This document shows positions 9,494-20,345 of a DNA stretch of 64,000 nt, piece by piece (the first letter of the stretch is position 1; every line of letters begins with the position of its first letter). This DNA comes from Chitinophagales bacterium (GTDB lineage: Bacteria; Bacteroidota; Bacteroidia; Chitinophagales; JABDMM01), in the NCBI GenBank assembly GCA_013001465.1, contig JABDMM010000115.1, forward strand, positions 17,407 through 81,406, given 5' to 3'. The notes under the pieces were generated by a model. It was not told the DNA's origin, ran no database searches, and saw nothing but the letters and a program-made list of their open reading frames with translations. The position numbers and the translations under genes are program-made.

Positions 9494-10336
9494 ATGGCAG
9501 ATTTAAAAGAACTACAAGATATCGCTTCGCAAATCAGAAGAGATGTTATTCGAATGACTCATAGCGCAGGATGTGGGCATCCGGGAGGAGCACTTGGTTG
9601 CGCCGACTTCTTTTCAGCACTCTATTTCGATATCATGGATCACAATAGCGATTTTAAAATGGATGGTGTTGGAGAAGACATTTTCTTTCTCTCCAATGGA
9701 CATATTTGCCCGGGTTGGTACAGTGCTCTTGCCAGAAGTGGATATTTTGAAAATAGCGAACTAGCGACTTTCCGACAAATAGACTCAAGATTACAAGGTC
9801 ACCCTGCTACAGAAGAACAACTTGAAGGGATCCGTGTTGCTTCCGGTTCACTTGGACAAGGGTTATCTGTTGCTCTTGGCGCTGCCTTGACTAAAAAACT
9901 GAATGGTGATGATCACCTTGTTTATACTCTTCATGGCGATGGTGAGATCCAGGAAGGTCAGATCTGGGAAGCGCTTATATTTGGAGCGCATCATAAGATC
10001 GATAATATCATCGCAACGATAGACAACAACGATAAGCAGATCGACGGACCCGTTCATGAAGTTATGTCACTCGGCGATGTTTCCCAGAAGATCAAATCAT
10101 TTGGATGGGAAGTTCTATCAATGAATGGCAATGATATGCAAGACGTTGTTCAGACCGTTTCAAAAGCAAAGTCGATGACTGGGCAAGGAAAACCAATTTG
10201 TATCGTTATGAATACGTTAATGGGTTATGGAGTAGACTTCATGGAAGATGATCACAAATGGCACGGTGTTGCGCCAAATGATGAACAGGCTGAAAAAGCG
10301 CTCACCCAACTCGAAGAAACATTAGGTGATTACTAA
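9494..10336 (+). CDS. Transketolase, N-terminal (TPP-binding) subunit
   Basis: Motifs GHPGGALG, LSNGH, SRLQGHP, SGSLGQG, TPP motif GDGEIQEGQIWEA, and WHGVAP. ATG at 9494. Confidence 0.93.
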   Translation: MADLKELQDIASQIRRDVIRMTHSAGCGHPGGALGCADFFSALYFDIMDHNSDFKMDGVGEDIFFLSNGHICPGWYSALARSGYFENSELATFRQIDSRLQGHPATEEQLEGIRVASGSLGQGLSVALGAALTKKLNGDDHLVYTLHGDGEIQEGQIWEALIFGAHHKIDNIIATIDNNDKQIDGPVHEVMSLGDVSQKIKSFGWEVLSMNGNDMQDVVQTVSKAKSMTGQGKPICIVMNTLMGYGVDFMEDDHKWHGVAPNDEQAEKALTQLEETLGDY

Positions 10337-10340
10337 GCAT

Positions 10341-11345
10341 ATGTTCAAAACATTCCTACTTCTTTTTATTGTCTTTGCTTTTCTGTCATGTAACAACGAC
10401 TCACTTCCACTACCTAGTTCAGCAGGAGGATTTGATCAAGTCATGATCGTCATCAGCGATGATCTGAAGGTTGAGATGAAAGACTCGATCAACAAATATT
10501 TTGAAACTCCTTATTTAGTGCTGAATCAAAATGAAGCATCTCTCGATGTTGGAACAGCAACCTATCCTAAGCTAAACAGTTTAATGAAGCGTTTTAGAAA
10601 TATTATTTTCATAGGATTGAAGGATGGAAATCAGGCAACGGATAAGTATGTTAAGAGTCAGGTTAAGTCTTTAAATACAGTTGAGTTCCGAAAGAATATG
10701 TGGTCTCAGCCTCAGATAGCATCTTTTTACTTGACAGAAAACAAAGAAACCCTTAAAAAGACGTTTGCTTCTTTTGCAGGTTCTTTGCGAGACAAGTACC
10801 TCGATTACGAGCTTAATGAATATTCTCAGCTGGCGTTTGCGAGTGGCTATAACGCTGGATTAAACAAGCAGTTCGAAGAAAACTATTCCTTTAGCTTGAG
10901 GATTCCAAAGGACTACATCCTCGCAGAAAATGACAGTGGTTTTATATGGCTTCGCCGTGATGATCCTGAAGCAATTGTTAATTTGATGATCTATGTTCAA
11001 TCAGACTCAATTGCATCAAAAGGGATTGAAACCAGAAACGTTTTAGGTAAAAAGTATGTCTCATCCCAGGTGAAAGGAGCATATATGGGCACCGACACTT
11101 TAATAGATCCACTCATTGAACGAATAGATATAAATGGAGCGCAAGTTGTAGAATCTCGTGGTTTATGGCGGATGTACGGAGATTTTAAAGGCGGCCCGTT
11201 CTTAAATATCGTTTATCGCGATGAAAGCAATCAGAGGAATGTCTTTATAGAAGGATTTATATATGCTCCTGGTGAAAAAAAGAAAATTTACCTTCGACAA
11301 TTAGAAGCGATCCTGGCAACTTTTTCGCTGGATACATCGACATAA
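10341..11345 (+). CDS. DUF4837 family lipoprotein
   Basis: Lipobox FLSC; motifs LPSSAG, WSQPQ, ESRGLWRM..DFKGGPF, EGFIYAPGEKK..LRQLEAI. Confidence 0.8.
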   Translation: MFKTFLLLFIVFAFLSCNNDSLPLPSSAGGFDQVMIVISDDLKVEMKDSINKYFETPYLVLNQNEASLDVGTATYPKLNSLMKRFRNIIFIGLKDGNQATDKYVKSQVKSLNTVEFRKNMWSQPQIASFYLTENKETLKKTFASFAGSLRDKYLDYELNEYSQLAFASGYNAGLNKQFEENYSFSLRIPKDYILAENDSGFIWLRRDDPEAIVNLMIYVQSDSIASKGIETRNVLGKKYVSSQVKGAYMGTDTLIDPLIERIDINGAQVVESRGLWRMYGDFKGGPFLNIVYRDESNQRNVFIEGFIYAPGEKKKIYLRQLEAILATFSLDTST

Positions 11346-11409
11346 ACAATATCATCAAAAGAACTTCACGATTACATTTTCTTCTTCAAATCGACTCGCT
11401 ATATTTTCC

Positions 11410-11417
11410 TAATTTTG
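11410..11417 (+). promoter_or_regulatory. Bacteroidota -7 promoter element for the ruvA-sprA operon
   Basis: TAATTTTG, 22 nt upstream of the ruvA ATG. Confidence 0.5.
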
Positions 11418-11439
11418 GCCTTCAATTTTATTCATCCTG

Positions 11440-12042
11440 ATGCTATCATATATAAAAGGAAATATCACCTTCAAAAGTCCCGCATTTGTCATTTTAGAAT
11501 TGGGTGGAATTGGTTATGAGGTGCAGATTAGCTTGCACACATATAGCCAAATTCAATCCAAAGAAAATTGCAAACTATTTACGTATATGAACGTAAAATC
11601 CGAAGGTCAATCAGTTTCTGCATTTGAATTGTACGGATTTGCAGATAGTGGAGAGAGAGAAGTGTTCAAACACCTTATTTCCGTTTCAGGAATAGGAGCG
11701 AATACTGCAAGGATGATGTTGTCGTCGATGAGCCCAAGTGATGTGAGACAAGCAATTGTCGATGAGAATGTGGCTGTGATCCAGAGTATTAAAGGCATAG
11801 GGCCGAAAACTGCAAAACGATTGATACTGGAATTAAAGGAAAAGTTATTTAAAACTCAAACGTCCGAAATTATTTCTTCAAGTTCTCACAATACGACCAA
11901 AGATGAGGCGTTATCAGCACTAGTCTCATTAGGAATTAACAAGTCCAAAGCGGAAAAAGCTGTTTTTAGTGCGCTAAAGACCAAAACTTCCGAGCCTATG
12001 AGCGTTGAAGCATTAATTAAGGAATCATTAAAAAACATCTAG
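11440..12042 (+). CDS. ruvA: Holliday junction branch migration protein RuvA
   Basis: Motifs GGIGYEV, LYGF, HhH motifs VSGIGANTA and IKGIGPKTAKRLILELK, and C-terminal EALSALVSLG. Confidence 0.96.
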   Translation: MLSYIKGNITFKSPAFVILELGGIGYEVQISLHTYSQIQSKENCKLFTYMNVKSEGQSVSAFELYGFADSGEREVFKHLISVSGIGANTARMMLSSMSPSDVRQAIVDENVAVIQSIKGIGPKTAKRLILELKEKLFKTQTSEIISSSSHNTTKDEALSALVSLGINKSKAEKAVFSALKTKTSEPMSVEALIKESLKNI

Positions 12043-12064
12043 AGGAGAAATTTTTGACCCATAA

Positions 12065-15000
12065 GTGAGCTCACCTACCAAAATATGGCTTTCGATCGCC
12101 ACTGCTATTCTATTCTTTGCGCAGACTTCCAAAGCGAACCACCCTGCATGGCCTTTACAGTTCAATGCAAATGTCTTTCCAAGTCTGGCAGAACTTCCAG
12201 ACAGTAACGATAACGGGAAACTTAAATATCCGATAAAAGATAGAAGTGGAGATTTTGTCACAGATTCTGATGACAATCCATTTAATCTTAAAGATCCTCC
12301 TGCGATAGAACAGACAGTCGAATACGATCCTGTTACCAATAGCTATATTGTTACTGAAACAATTGGAGGCTTCTACGTGAAACCTCCGACATACTATACT
12401 TACGACGAGTATCTTCAATATACACTGGATAACGAAATGGAAGAATACTGGGACAGCCGTTCCGATGCGATCAACATTCTTCAGAAAAGCAATCTCATTC
12501 CTCCTATTGAACTTACCAGACAGAAAACAGGTATTAAGATCCCTATCGAGATCAGACCGCAGGGTAATATTGATTTGACCATCGGTGGAAATTTCCAAAA
12601 GATCGGAAACCCAACGCTGCCAATTCAGCAAAGAAAACAAGGGAGTTTCGACTTTGATATGGACATCAATATGAATGTTCTTGGAAAAATAGGAGATTTC
12701 GTCCAGGTCAACTTCAACTACAATACAAAAGCGACTTTTGATTTTGACAACCAGATAAAACTGGAGTACACCGGTGATGAAGATGATATCATTCAGGAGT
12801 TTAAAGCTGGTAATGTTGACTTCCCGCTTAACACTCAGTTGATCCAGGGTAGTCAGGCACTATTTGGTTTCAAACCCACACTCAGATTCGGGCGACTTAC
12901 CTGGTCTTCTGTGATATCGGAACAAAAATCAAAGAAGCAATCCATCGTACTTGAAGGAGGAGCGCAGACCCAGAAATTCAGCATCGATGTTGATCAATAT
13001 GATGAAAACAGACACTTCTTCTTATCCCAGTTTTTCAGAGACCAATACAATAAAGCTTTATCCGACCTTCCGATCATAAACACACTTGTCGATATTTCGA
13101 AAGTTGAGGTTTGGGTAACCAACCAACAAGGAACAACAGAAAATGTGCGTGATATTGTTGCCTTTATGGACCTCGGAGATGGTGATCCATACAGTAATCA
13201 AATCAATACGTTTGGATTAAACAAGAAACCTGATAATGCTGCCAATGACCTTTATGGCAGGTTAAAGAAAAGTGATGCAGGTCGATCGATCAATGCTATC
13301 GAAGCTGATCTGCAAACACGGCTCAACCTAACTGCGGTTCAGGATTTCGCTAAAACCTATGCTAAGAAACTCTCTCCTTCTGAATACACCCTTCATCCAC
13401 AATTAGGATATGTCTCGCTAAATTCAACTCTTCAGCCGGATGAGGTTCTGGCAGTGGCGTTCGAGTATACTTTTAACGGACAAAAATTCAAAGTGGGGGA
13501 ATTCGGTTATGAAGTACCGCCAGACTCCGCCTCCGGAAGCAAAGTCCTTTATCTTAAAATGCTGAAAAGCACATCCGTTAGACCCAATCTTCCGATTTGG
13601 GACCTGATGATGAAGAACATTTACTCACTTGGAGCATTCCAGATCGGGCAGGAAGATTTTAAACTTGATATATATTATAATGATCCGGGACAAGGAGTTA
13701 AGAGGTTCCTACCTAAAGGAAATTTAAAAGGGATCCCGCTCATTAGATTGCTGAATCTGGATAATCTAAATAATCAAAACGATGCCCAACCAGACGGTAT
13801 ATTTGATTTCGTTCCCGGGGTCACCATAAACCCACAACGTGGAAAATTGATCTTCCCTGTTGTTGAACCTTTTGGTGATGATCTTAGAGATGAATTCGAA
13901 GCCGCTGGAGAACCGGATCTTGCAGATCAGTTTGTATATGATCAATTATATGACTCGACCAGAGTTATCGCACAGCAGTTCCCTGAGTTTAACCGTTTCT
14001 CCATGAGAGGAGAATACAAGGGAAACAACTCTTCCGATATTTCTTTGGGAGCTTTCAATATTCCTAAGAATTCTGTAAGTGTTTCTATGGGTGGACAAAA
14101 ACTTGTTGAAGGGGTTCATTATACAGTCGATTATAACCTCGGTAGGATTAAGATCATCGATGAGTCGATCGTTAATTCCGGAAACCAGATCAAAGTTGAT
14201 TTTGAGAATAATGCCTTATTCGGGTTTCAAGTAAAGAGTTTGTTTGGTACAAGGCTGGATTATAAGATCAGTGATAATTTCAATATCGGTGGTACAATAA
14301 TGAAGCTGAAGGAGAGACCATTTACTCAGAAGGTCAATATCGGAGATGATCCGATTTCAAACTCCATTATGGGACTTGATCTTAATTATAAAACTGAAGC
14401 TCCGTTCTTAACCAGAGCGCTCGATAAGCTTCCATTATACGATACAAAAGAGATCTCGACAATTGGAGTTACTGCAGAAGTAGCACATTTAAGACCTGGT
14501 CACTCAAAAGCGATCAGTAGCACCGATAATGAAGGTGTGGTCTATCTCGATGATTTTGAAGGAACGAGTAGCGGTTATGATCTTAAATTTCCTGCTCTTG
14601 CCTGGAAACTATCCAGTACACCAAGGAATTCAAAGAGCAGTAGTGGAAATATCCTTTTCCCGGAAGCAGATGAGATCGATGATCTGGACTATGGCAAGAA
14701 CAGAGCATTGATGGCATGGTATAATATAGATCCCGTATTCCAAAGAAATACTTCAGCAACGCCTCAATATATCAAGAGTAGTCCATGTAATTACATCAAC
14801 CATTACACAAAAGAGATCAGACAAGAAGAAGTCTTCCCAAATAGAGACAATACAGATTTCACCAATACAACCATTTTAACTTTCGATGTTTCGTTCTTTC
14901 CTAATCAAAGAGGGCCTTACAATTTTGATGTTAGCAGGGTAAATAATGATGGCACCTTGCAAGATCCAAGATCGAGATGGGGTGGGATTATGCGTAATAT

Positions 15001-18000
15001 CGACAATTCCGATTTTGAAGCAAGCAATGTTGAATTCATTGAATTCTGGGTTCTTGATCCATTTATTGATGATGCTTCTCCTCAAAGAGAAGGTTCGATG
15101 TATATCAATCTTGGAAACCTTTCTGAAGATATTTTGAGAGATTCCAGAATGTCGTACGAGAATGGTTTGAAAGCGAATCTATCCGATATGGATAAAACTG
15201 AGTGGGCTCGGGTACCAAAGATCCCACCGATCACGAATTCATTTGATACAGATCCAAATTCGAGAGCTTATCAGGATGTAGGATTCGATGGTGTAGATGA
15301 TATTGATGAAAGCACGCATTATAGTGACTTCTTTCAGGCGATCCCGACAACAACATGGAACCAGAATGTAAAAGATAACTTGAGTACTGATCCAGCTTCT
15401 GACAACTACTTGTCTTTCCGGGCAGAAGAGTACGATGATATTCAAGAAGATATTGTTGAGCGTTACAAATATTATAACAACCCGGATGGGAATTCACCTA
15501 TCGCCGGAGATAACGATGTGTTTTCTCAAGCAGCAACTTTCCAGCCTGATATTGAGGATTTCAATCGAGATAATAGCCTTAGTACAACAGAGGAGTATTT
15601 TCAGTACGAAATACCGATCTATCCTAACATGGATGTAGACAATCATCCATATATCGTTTCTAAGTCAACAAATCCTGGGTACGAAGACCAGTTGAACAAT
15701 TGCGCAGACAACAGAGATTATAACTGGTACCAGTTTAAAATTCCAATTCGCGAGTATGATTCGAAAGTTGGGAATATTCAGGATTTCAAATCCATTCAGT
15801 TTATCAGAATGTTCCTAACCGGTTTTGCTGATTCATTGACAATGCGTTTTGCAACATTTGACCTGATAAGAAACCAGTGGAGAACATACCAGTTCAATCT
15901 GGATGAATCGATCGATAACGTTCAGGTTGAACCTGAGCCCGAAGCAGTATTTAACGTGTCCTCTGTGAGTCTCGAAGAAAATTCAGAGAAAGAGCCTGTC
16001 AACTATGTACTTCCTCCTGATATCGAAAGGGAGTCTGGTGTTGGAACTACGAGCAGTGGCGCTGTATTGTTGAATGAGCAGTCCCTGGCGATCAATGTAT
16101 GCGACCTTGCCGATGGCGAGTCCAAAGCTGTTTATAAAACCCTGGATCTCGACTTCCGGAATTACAAAAAACTGAAAATGTTTGTTCATGCAGAGGCTGC
16201 AGACAACCAAAGTCTGGGCGATGGAGAAATCACAGCATTCATCCGCCTTGGATCTGATTTTAAAGACAACTATTACCAGTATGAAGTACCATTAACAATT
16301 ACTGCTCCTGCTCCTGCTAGCGGTTATGATCCGGTTGCAGACCGAAGATTAGTTTGGCCTTTAGAGAATGAATTTGATCTGGTATTAGAAGATCTCATCA
16401 ACGTTAAGATCAAGAGGAATAGTCAGAGCTTCCCTGCAAATGTGCCATTTAAGGTAATCCAGCAGGACCCGAACGATCCAATTGGTAAAATTCTTACTGT
16501 TGTAGGTAACCCTGATCTTGGCTTGGTTAAAACGGTGATGATCGGGATTAAGAATCCTGCGAAGGATGATCCAAATAATCCGCTGGTACTTTTCTATAAT
16601 GAAGCTGATGATGGCCTTCCTAAGTGTGCCGAGCTTTGGTATAACGAGCTACGCTTATCAGGACTCGATGAAGAAAGCGGTACCGCTGCACTAGCTTCTG
16701 TAAATATGAAACTTGCTGATCTTGGAAATATTCAATTTTCAACGAGTATGCACACCATTGGTTTTGGTCAGCTTGAGCAACAAGTCGATGACCGGTTCCA
16801 GGATCGTTTCTTCCAATATGATCTCTCTTCCAATATTGAGCTAGGTAAGTTTCTTCCAGAAAAATGGGGTATCAGAATTCCTTTTTATGGTAGCATCTCC
16901 CAATCCTTCAGTACTCCTGAGTATGATCCTTACCAACTAGATGTTCCTTTCGAAAATAATTTCGATACAATAAAAGCCAACTTTGGAGTTGACTCTGCCA
17001 GAGGTTATCGTCAAAGTGTTCAGGAAATAGTGACCAGGAAAGGATTTAACTTCACAAATGTCAGGATCATTGGATCCGGTAAGGGGAAACCCCGGTTTTA
17101 TAGTCCGTCTAATTTCAATTTTACATACGCATATAATGTGATTGAAAAGTCCGATCCATATGTTGCCAGCGATCGACTAGAAGATTATCTGGGAGCTTTA
17201 GGATACAACTTTTCACCAACGCCGAAATATATCAATCCGTTCAAGAATGCTATTAAATCGAAATCCAAATGGTTTGATATCATTAAAGACATCAACCTGA
17301 ATTTCATTCCGAGTAATTTTGGATTTAACACTCAATTGAACAGGCAGTTTGGAGAATTACGTTTGCGATCATTTGGGGAAGATGTGACCATCGAACCAAC
17401 ATATAATAAGTTCTTTACGTGGAATAGAAACTATACTTTTAAATACAATCCTTTTAAATCGCTGTCTATAGATTTCACGGCATCTAATAGAGCAAGGATC
17501 GATGAACCTCTTGGGCGCATAGATACCAAGGATAAGAAAAAAGAGCTTTGGGATAATCTCAAGAGTTTTGGCAGAACTACCAATTACAACCATTCTACAA
17601 ATATCAACTACAACGTCCCGATCAATAAGATCCCGATACTGAGTTGGATCAAGGTAAAAGCAGGTTATAACTCTACATATACCTGGACTACAGCGCCACA
17701 AGTCAAAGGTGAGCTACCGGGTGAGCTTGTCCTGGACAGCAGAGGTAACACGATATCCAACAGCCAAAACTTCAGATTAAACAATGATTTCAATTTCAAG
17801 AGTCTTTATGATAAATCAGATTTCTTAAAGCAATACAACAAGAATGCACCGCCAAAAACAAAAGAAGACCGGCAAAAGCAAATTGAGAACATCACCAACG
17901 CGAGGGAAAAGATCAAGAAAGACATAGAAAGACTGAAACAACAGCTTGCTGTGACAAAAAAGAAGATCAAGGAAGTCAAGAAAGATGATGATAAGGATCC

Positions 18001-19558
18001 GGTATCTAAAGAGCAGGAACTGGCCACACTGAAATCTGACAAGAAGAAACTCAAGAAAAACATCAAAGAGAAGAAGAAAGACAAGAAGAAAAAGCAATTG
18101 CCTGTTAGACCTGGAGTATCCGCTGCAGTAAAACCTCTGCTGGCATTGAAGAAAATAACCGTAAATTATACAGAGAACAAGGGAACTACTGTTGCTGGTT
18201 ATCTGCCAAAAACAAAACTTTTCGGACTTAGTGATGGTTTTGGAGAACCGGGATGGAAGTTCGTGTTAGGTGAGCAACCCGGACAATCAATGTTCAAAAG
18301 TATCGATGCCCAATCGAGAAACGAATGGCTCGACAATCTCTCACAAGATGGTTTTATATCTACTGATACTCTGTTGAATCAGCGATTTACTCAGAGCTGG
18401 TCGAAACAGTTCGATATGAAAATGAATTTTGAGCCATTCAATGATTTCCGTATAGACCTTAATTGGAAAAGAAACTTCTCTCAAAATCACTCGCAGCTAT
18501 ATAAGGTGACTTCCGAAGGTGGCGATTTTGAACACTTAAATGCAATAGATATCGGTTCATACGCGATATCATTCTTCACATGGGGAACAGCATTTGAACA
18601 AATCGATTCTACCGGGATCTCGAACGGATACAGAGCTTTCGAGAATAACAGAAAGATCATTTCTCAACGACTACAGGAACAAAACGCGAATTCGATCGGA
18701 AGTTTTGTTGATCTTTCCGAAGAAAACCCAACGATCGACACAAATTATGCAAGTGGTTACGGACCAACTTCTCAGGATGTGTTGATCCCGGCATTTATTG
18801 CTGCTTATACAGGAAAAGAAGCTACAACTTCAAAGTTGAACCCGATCAACTATATTCCTAAACCAAATTGGCGAATTACCTATAATGGACTAGCTAAAAT
18901 GCCTTGGGCAAAAGATCTGTTCCAGAGTATTACGATATCGCACGGATATACATCGGAACTCAGGATCAACAACTATGAGACAAACCTTGATTATGATGGA
19001 GGTGGAGGTTATCTGGAACCGGCAGAGATCGATACTTTGAATGGAAACTTCTATACACTTTACCGAATACCGAACATTGTTATCAGCGAGCAATTGTCGC
19101 CATTGATCGGGATCGATGTGTCGATGAAAAATAATGTCTCAGCAAAATTTGAATTTAAGAAAACCCGAACCCTATCGATGAGTTTTATCGATTACCAGCT
19201 GAGGGAAACCAAATCCAAAACAATTACGGTTGGTTTAGGATATAAAGTACGTGGACTTACACTTCCAATTAAGAGAAAAGGTAAGTTTATCAGGCTGCAA
19301 AACGATCTGAATTTCAAATTTGATCTTTCTGTAAGAGATAATGTGACGGTGAATCACAGATTGGATCAAAACAGTTCTGAGCCGACACAAGGGTCGAAGA
19401 ATATATCTATAAATCCATCGATAGATTATACTGTGAATAAACGACTGAACCTTCGCATATTCTTTGATAGAATAAGAACTATTCCTAAGACATCTGCTTC
19501 TTTTCCAACGACTAATACAAAAGCCGGGGTAACCATCAGTTTCTCACTTACACAGTAA
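12065..19558 (+). CDS. sprA: T9SS outer-membrane translocon SprA (Sov)
   Basis: 2497 aa. Motifs FDFDNQIKLEYTGDEDDII, ENRHFFL, WDLMMKNIY, YLDDFEG, INLGNLSEDILRD, WYNELRL, ISEQLSPLIG. Lies in ruvA-sprA-gcvH synteny. Confidence 0.95.
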   Translation: MSSPTKIWLSIATAILFFAQTSKANHPAWPLQFNANVFPSLAELPDSNDNGKLKYPIKDRSGDFVTDSDDNPFNLKDPPAIEQTVEYDPVTNSYIVTETIGGFYVKPPTYYTYDEYLQYTLDNEMEEYWDSRSDAINILQKSNLIPPIELTRQKTGIKIPIEIRPQGNIDLTIGGNFQKIGNPTLPIQQRKQGSFDFDMDINMNVLGKIGDFVQVNFNYNTKATFDFDNQIKLEYTGDEDDIIQEFKAGNVDFPLNTQLIQGSQALFGFKPTLRFGRLTWSSVISEQKSKKQSIVLEGGAQTQKFSIDVDQYDENRHFFLSQFFRDQYNKALSDLPIINTLVDISKVEVWVTNQQGTTENVRDIVAFMDLGDGDPYSNQINTFGLNKKPDNAANDLYGRLKKSDAGRSINAIEADLQTRLNLTAVQDFAKTYAKKLSPSEYTLHPQLGYVSLNSTLQPDEVLAVAFEYTFNGQKFKVGEFGYEVPPDSASGSKVLYLKMLKSTSVRPNLPIWDLMMKNIYSLGAFQIGQEDFKLDIYYNDPGQGVKRFLPKGNLKGIPLIRLLNLDNLNNQNDAQPDGIFDFVPGVTINPQRGKLIFPVVEPFGDDLRDEFEAAGEPDLADQFVYDQLYDSTRVIAQQFPEFNRFSMRGEYKGNNSSDISLGAFNIPKNSVSVSMGGQKLVEGVHYTVDYNLGRIKIIDESIVNSGNQIKVDFENNALFGFQVKSLFGTRLDYKISDNFNIGGTIMKLKERPFTQKVNIGDDPISNSIMGLDLNYKTEAPFLTRALDKLPLYDTKEISTIGVTAEVAHLRPGHSKAISSTDNEGVVYLDDFEGTSSGYDLKFPALAWKLSSTPRNSKSSSGNILFPEADEIDDLDYGKNRALMAWYNIDPVFQRNTSATPQYIKSSPCNYINHYTKEIRQEEVFPNRDNTDFTNTTILTFDVSFFPNQRGPYNFDVSRVNNDGTLQDPRSRWGGIMRNIDNSDFEASNVEFIEFWVLDPFIDDASPQREGSMYINLGNLSEDILRDSRMSYENGLKANLSDMDKTEWARVPKIPPITNSFDTDPNSRAYQDVGFDGVDDIDESTHYSDFFQAIPTTTWNQNVKDNLSTDPASDNYLSFRAEEYDDIQEDIVERYKYYNNPDGNSPIAGDNDVFSQAATFQPDIEDFNRDNSLSTTEEYFQYEIPIYPNMDVDNHPYIVSKSTNPGYEDQLNNCADNRDYNWYQFKIPIREYDSKVGNIQDFKSIQFIRMFLTGFADSLTMRFATFDLIRNQWRTYQFNLDESIDNVQVEPEPEAVFNVSSVSLEENSEKEPVNYVLPPDIERESGVGTTSSGAVLLNEQSLAINVCDLADGESKAVYKTLDLDFRNYKKLKMFVHAEAADNQSLGDGEITAFIRLGSDFKDNYYQYEVPLTITAPAPASGYDPVADRRLVWPLENEFDLVLEDLINVKIKRNSQSFPANVPFKVIQQDPNDPIGKILTVVGNPDLGLVKTVMIGIKNPAKDDPNNPLVLFYNEADDGLPKCAELWYNELRLSGLDEESGTAALASVNMKLADLGNIQFSTSMHTIGFGQLEQQVDDRFQDRFFQYDLSSNIELGKFLPEKWGIRIPFYGSISQSFSTPEYDPYQLDVPFENNFDTIKANFGVDSARGYRQSVQEIVTRKGFNFTNVRIIGSGKGKPRFYSPSNFNFTYAYNVIEKSDPYVASDRLEDYLGALGYNFSPTPKYINPFKNAIKSKSKWFDIIKDINLNFIPSNFGFNTQLNRQFGELRLRSFGEDVTIEPTYNKFFTWNRNYTFKYNPFKSLSIDFTASNRARIDEPLGRIDTKDKKKELWDNLKSFGRTTNYNHSTNINYNVPINKIPILSWIKVKAGYNSTYTWTTAPQVKGELPGELVLDSRGNTISNSQNFRLNNDFNFKSLYDKSDFLKQYNKNAPPKTKEDRQKQIENITNAREKIKKDIERLKQQLAVTKKKIKEVKKDDDKDPVSKEQELATLKSDKKKLKKNIKEKKKDKKKKQLPVRPGVSAAVKPLLALKKITVNYTENKGTTVAGYLPKTKLFGLSDGFGEPGWKFVLGEQPGQSMFKSIDAQSRNEWLDNLSQDGFISTDTLLNQRFTQSWSKQFDMKMNFEPFNDFRIDLNWKRNFSQNHSQLYKVTSEGGDFEHLNAIDIGSYAISFFTWGTAFEQIDSTGISNGYRAFENNRKIISQRLQEQNANSIGSFVDLSEENPTIDTNYASGYGPTSQDVLIPAFIAAYTGKEATTSKLNPINYIPKPNWRITYNGLAKMPWAKDLFQSITISHGYTSELRINNYETNLDYDGGGGYLEPAEIDTLNGNFYTLYRIPNIVISEQLSPLIGIDVSMKNNVSAKFEFKKTRTLSMSFIDYQLRETKSKTITVGLGYKVRGLTLPIKRKGKFIRLQNDLNFKFDLSVRDNVTVNHRLDQNSSEPTQGSKNISINPSIDYTVNKRLNLRIFFDRIRTIPKTSASFPTTNTKAGVTISFSLTQ

Positions 19559-19604
19559 GGGCAATTTCAATTTTTGATGTATTTTTAGCGCAAAATTATT
19601 CTTG

Positions 19605-19985
19605 ATGGAGACGCCCGAAAATTTATACTATACAAATGACCATGAATGGATCAAGGTCGAAGGTGATACAGGAACTATAGGTATAACAGACTTCGCTCAA
19701 AGAGAGCTTGGAGATATCGTTTACCTGGAAATTGAGTCGCTAAATGAGTCTCTGGAAACTGAAGAGGTCTTCGGTACCATTGAAGCTGTAAAAACAGTTT
19801 CCGATCTCTTTATGCCTGTTTCGGGTAAAGTCATTGAGATCAATACATCCCTTGAAGATAACCCCGAAGTCGTGAACAAAGATCCTTTCGGAGAAGGATG
19901 GTTGATAAAAGTAGAGCTGAGTGATAAAAGTCAGCTTGATAATCTACTCACATCAGAAGCATATAAAGAACTTACCAGTGTTTGA
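19605..19985 (+). CDS. gcvH: Glycine cleavage system H protein
   Basis: Motifs YTNDHEW, GITDFAQRELGDIVY, lipoyl-Lys motif IEAVKTVSD, and NKDPFGEGW. Confidence 0.97.
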   Translation: METPENLYYTNDHEWIKVEGDTGTIGITDFAQRELGDIVYLEIESLNESLETEEVFGTIEAVKTVSDLFMPVSGKVIEINTSLEDNPEVVNKDPFGEGWLIKVELSDKSQLDNLLTSEAYKELTSV

Positions 19986-20335
19986 GTAATATTAAGCTCA
20001 AATATCACCTGCCGATTTTATTCTGGGTGATCCTAACAATATTTTTATCCTTAACACCCGGCAATGAGTTGCCCAAGATAAACTTTTGGCAACATGACAA
20101 GATCCTTCATTTTATATTCTACACAGTAATGTCTGTTTTTGGAAGGTGGAGTATAACACAACAATATAAACTATCACGAATACGTTTGAAAATAAAGGCA
20201 GTACTCTTTATACTTATATCTGCTTTTAGTATCTTGATTGAAATTTTACAGGGAGAATTGATAAATGGACGATATTTTGATATTTTTGATATTCTCGCTA
20301 ATTTGCTGGGTACGTTTTTTGGATTGATCATATAA
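19982..20335 (+). CDS. VanZ family membrane protein
   Basis: Motifs DKILHFIFY and IEILQ..GRYFDIFDILAN; position after gcvH. Confidence 0.85.
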   Translation: MSNIKLKYHLPILFWVILTIFLSLTPGNELPKINFWQHDKILHFIFYTVMSVFGRWSITQQYKLSRIRLKIKAVLFILISAFSILIEILQGELINGRYFDIFDILANLLGTFFGLII

Positions 20336-20345
20336 TCAATAACAT

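Noticed and set aside
17806-18097. Phe/Leu-rich 'membrane' ORFs on the minus strand
   Set aside because: They are the reverse complement of the AAG/AAA-rich Lys insert of sprA.
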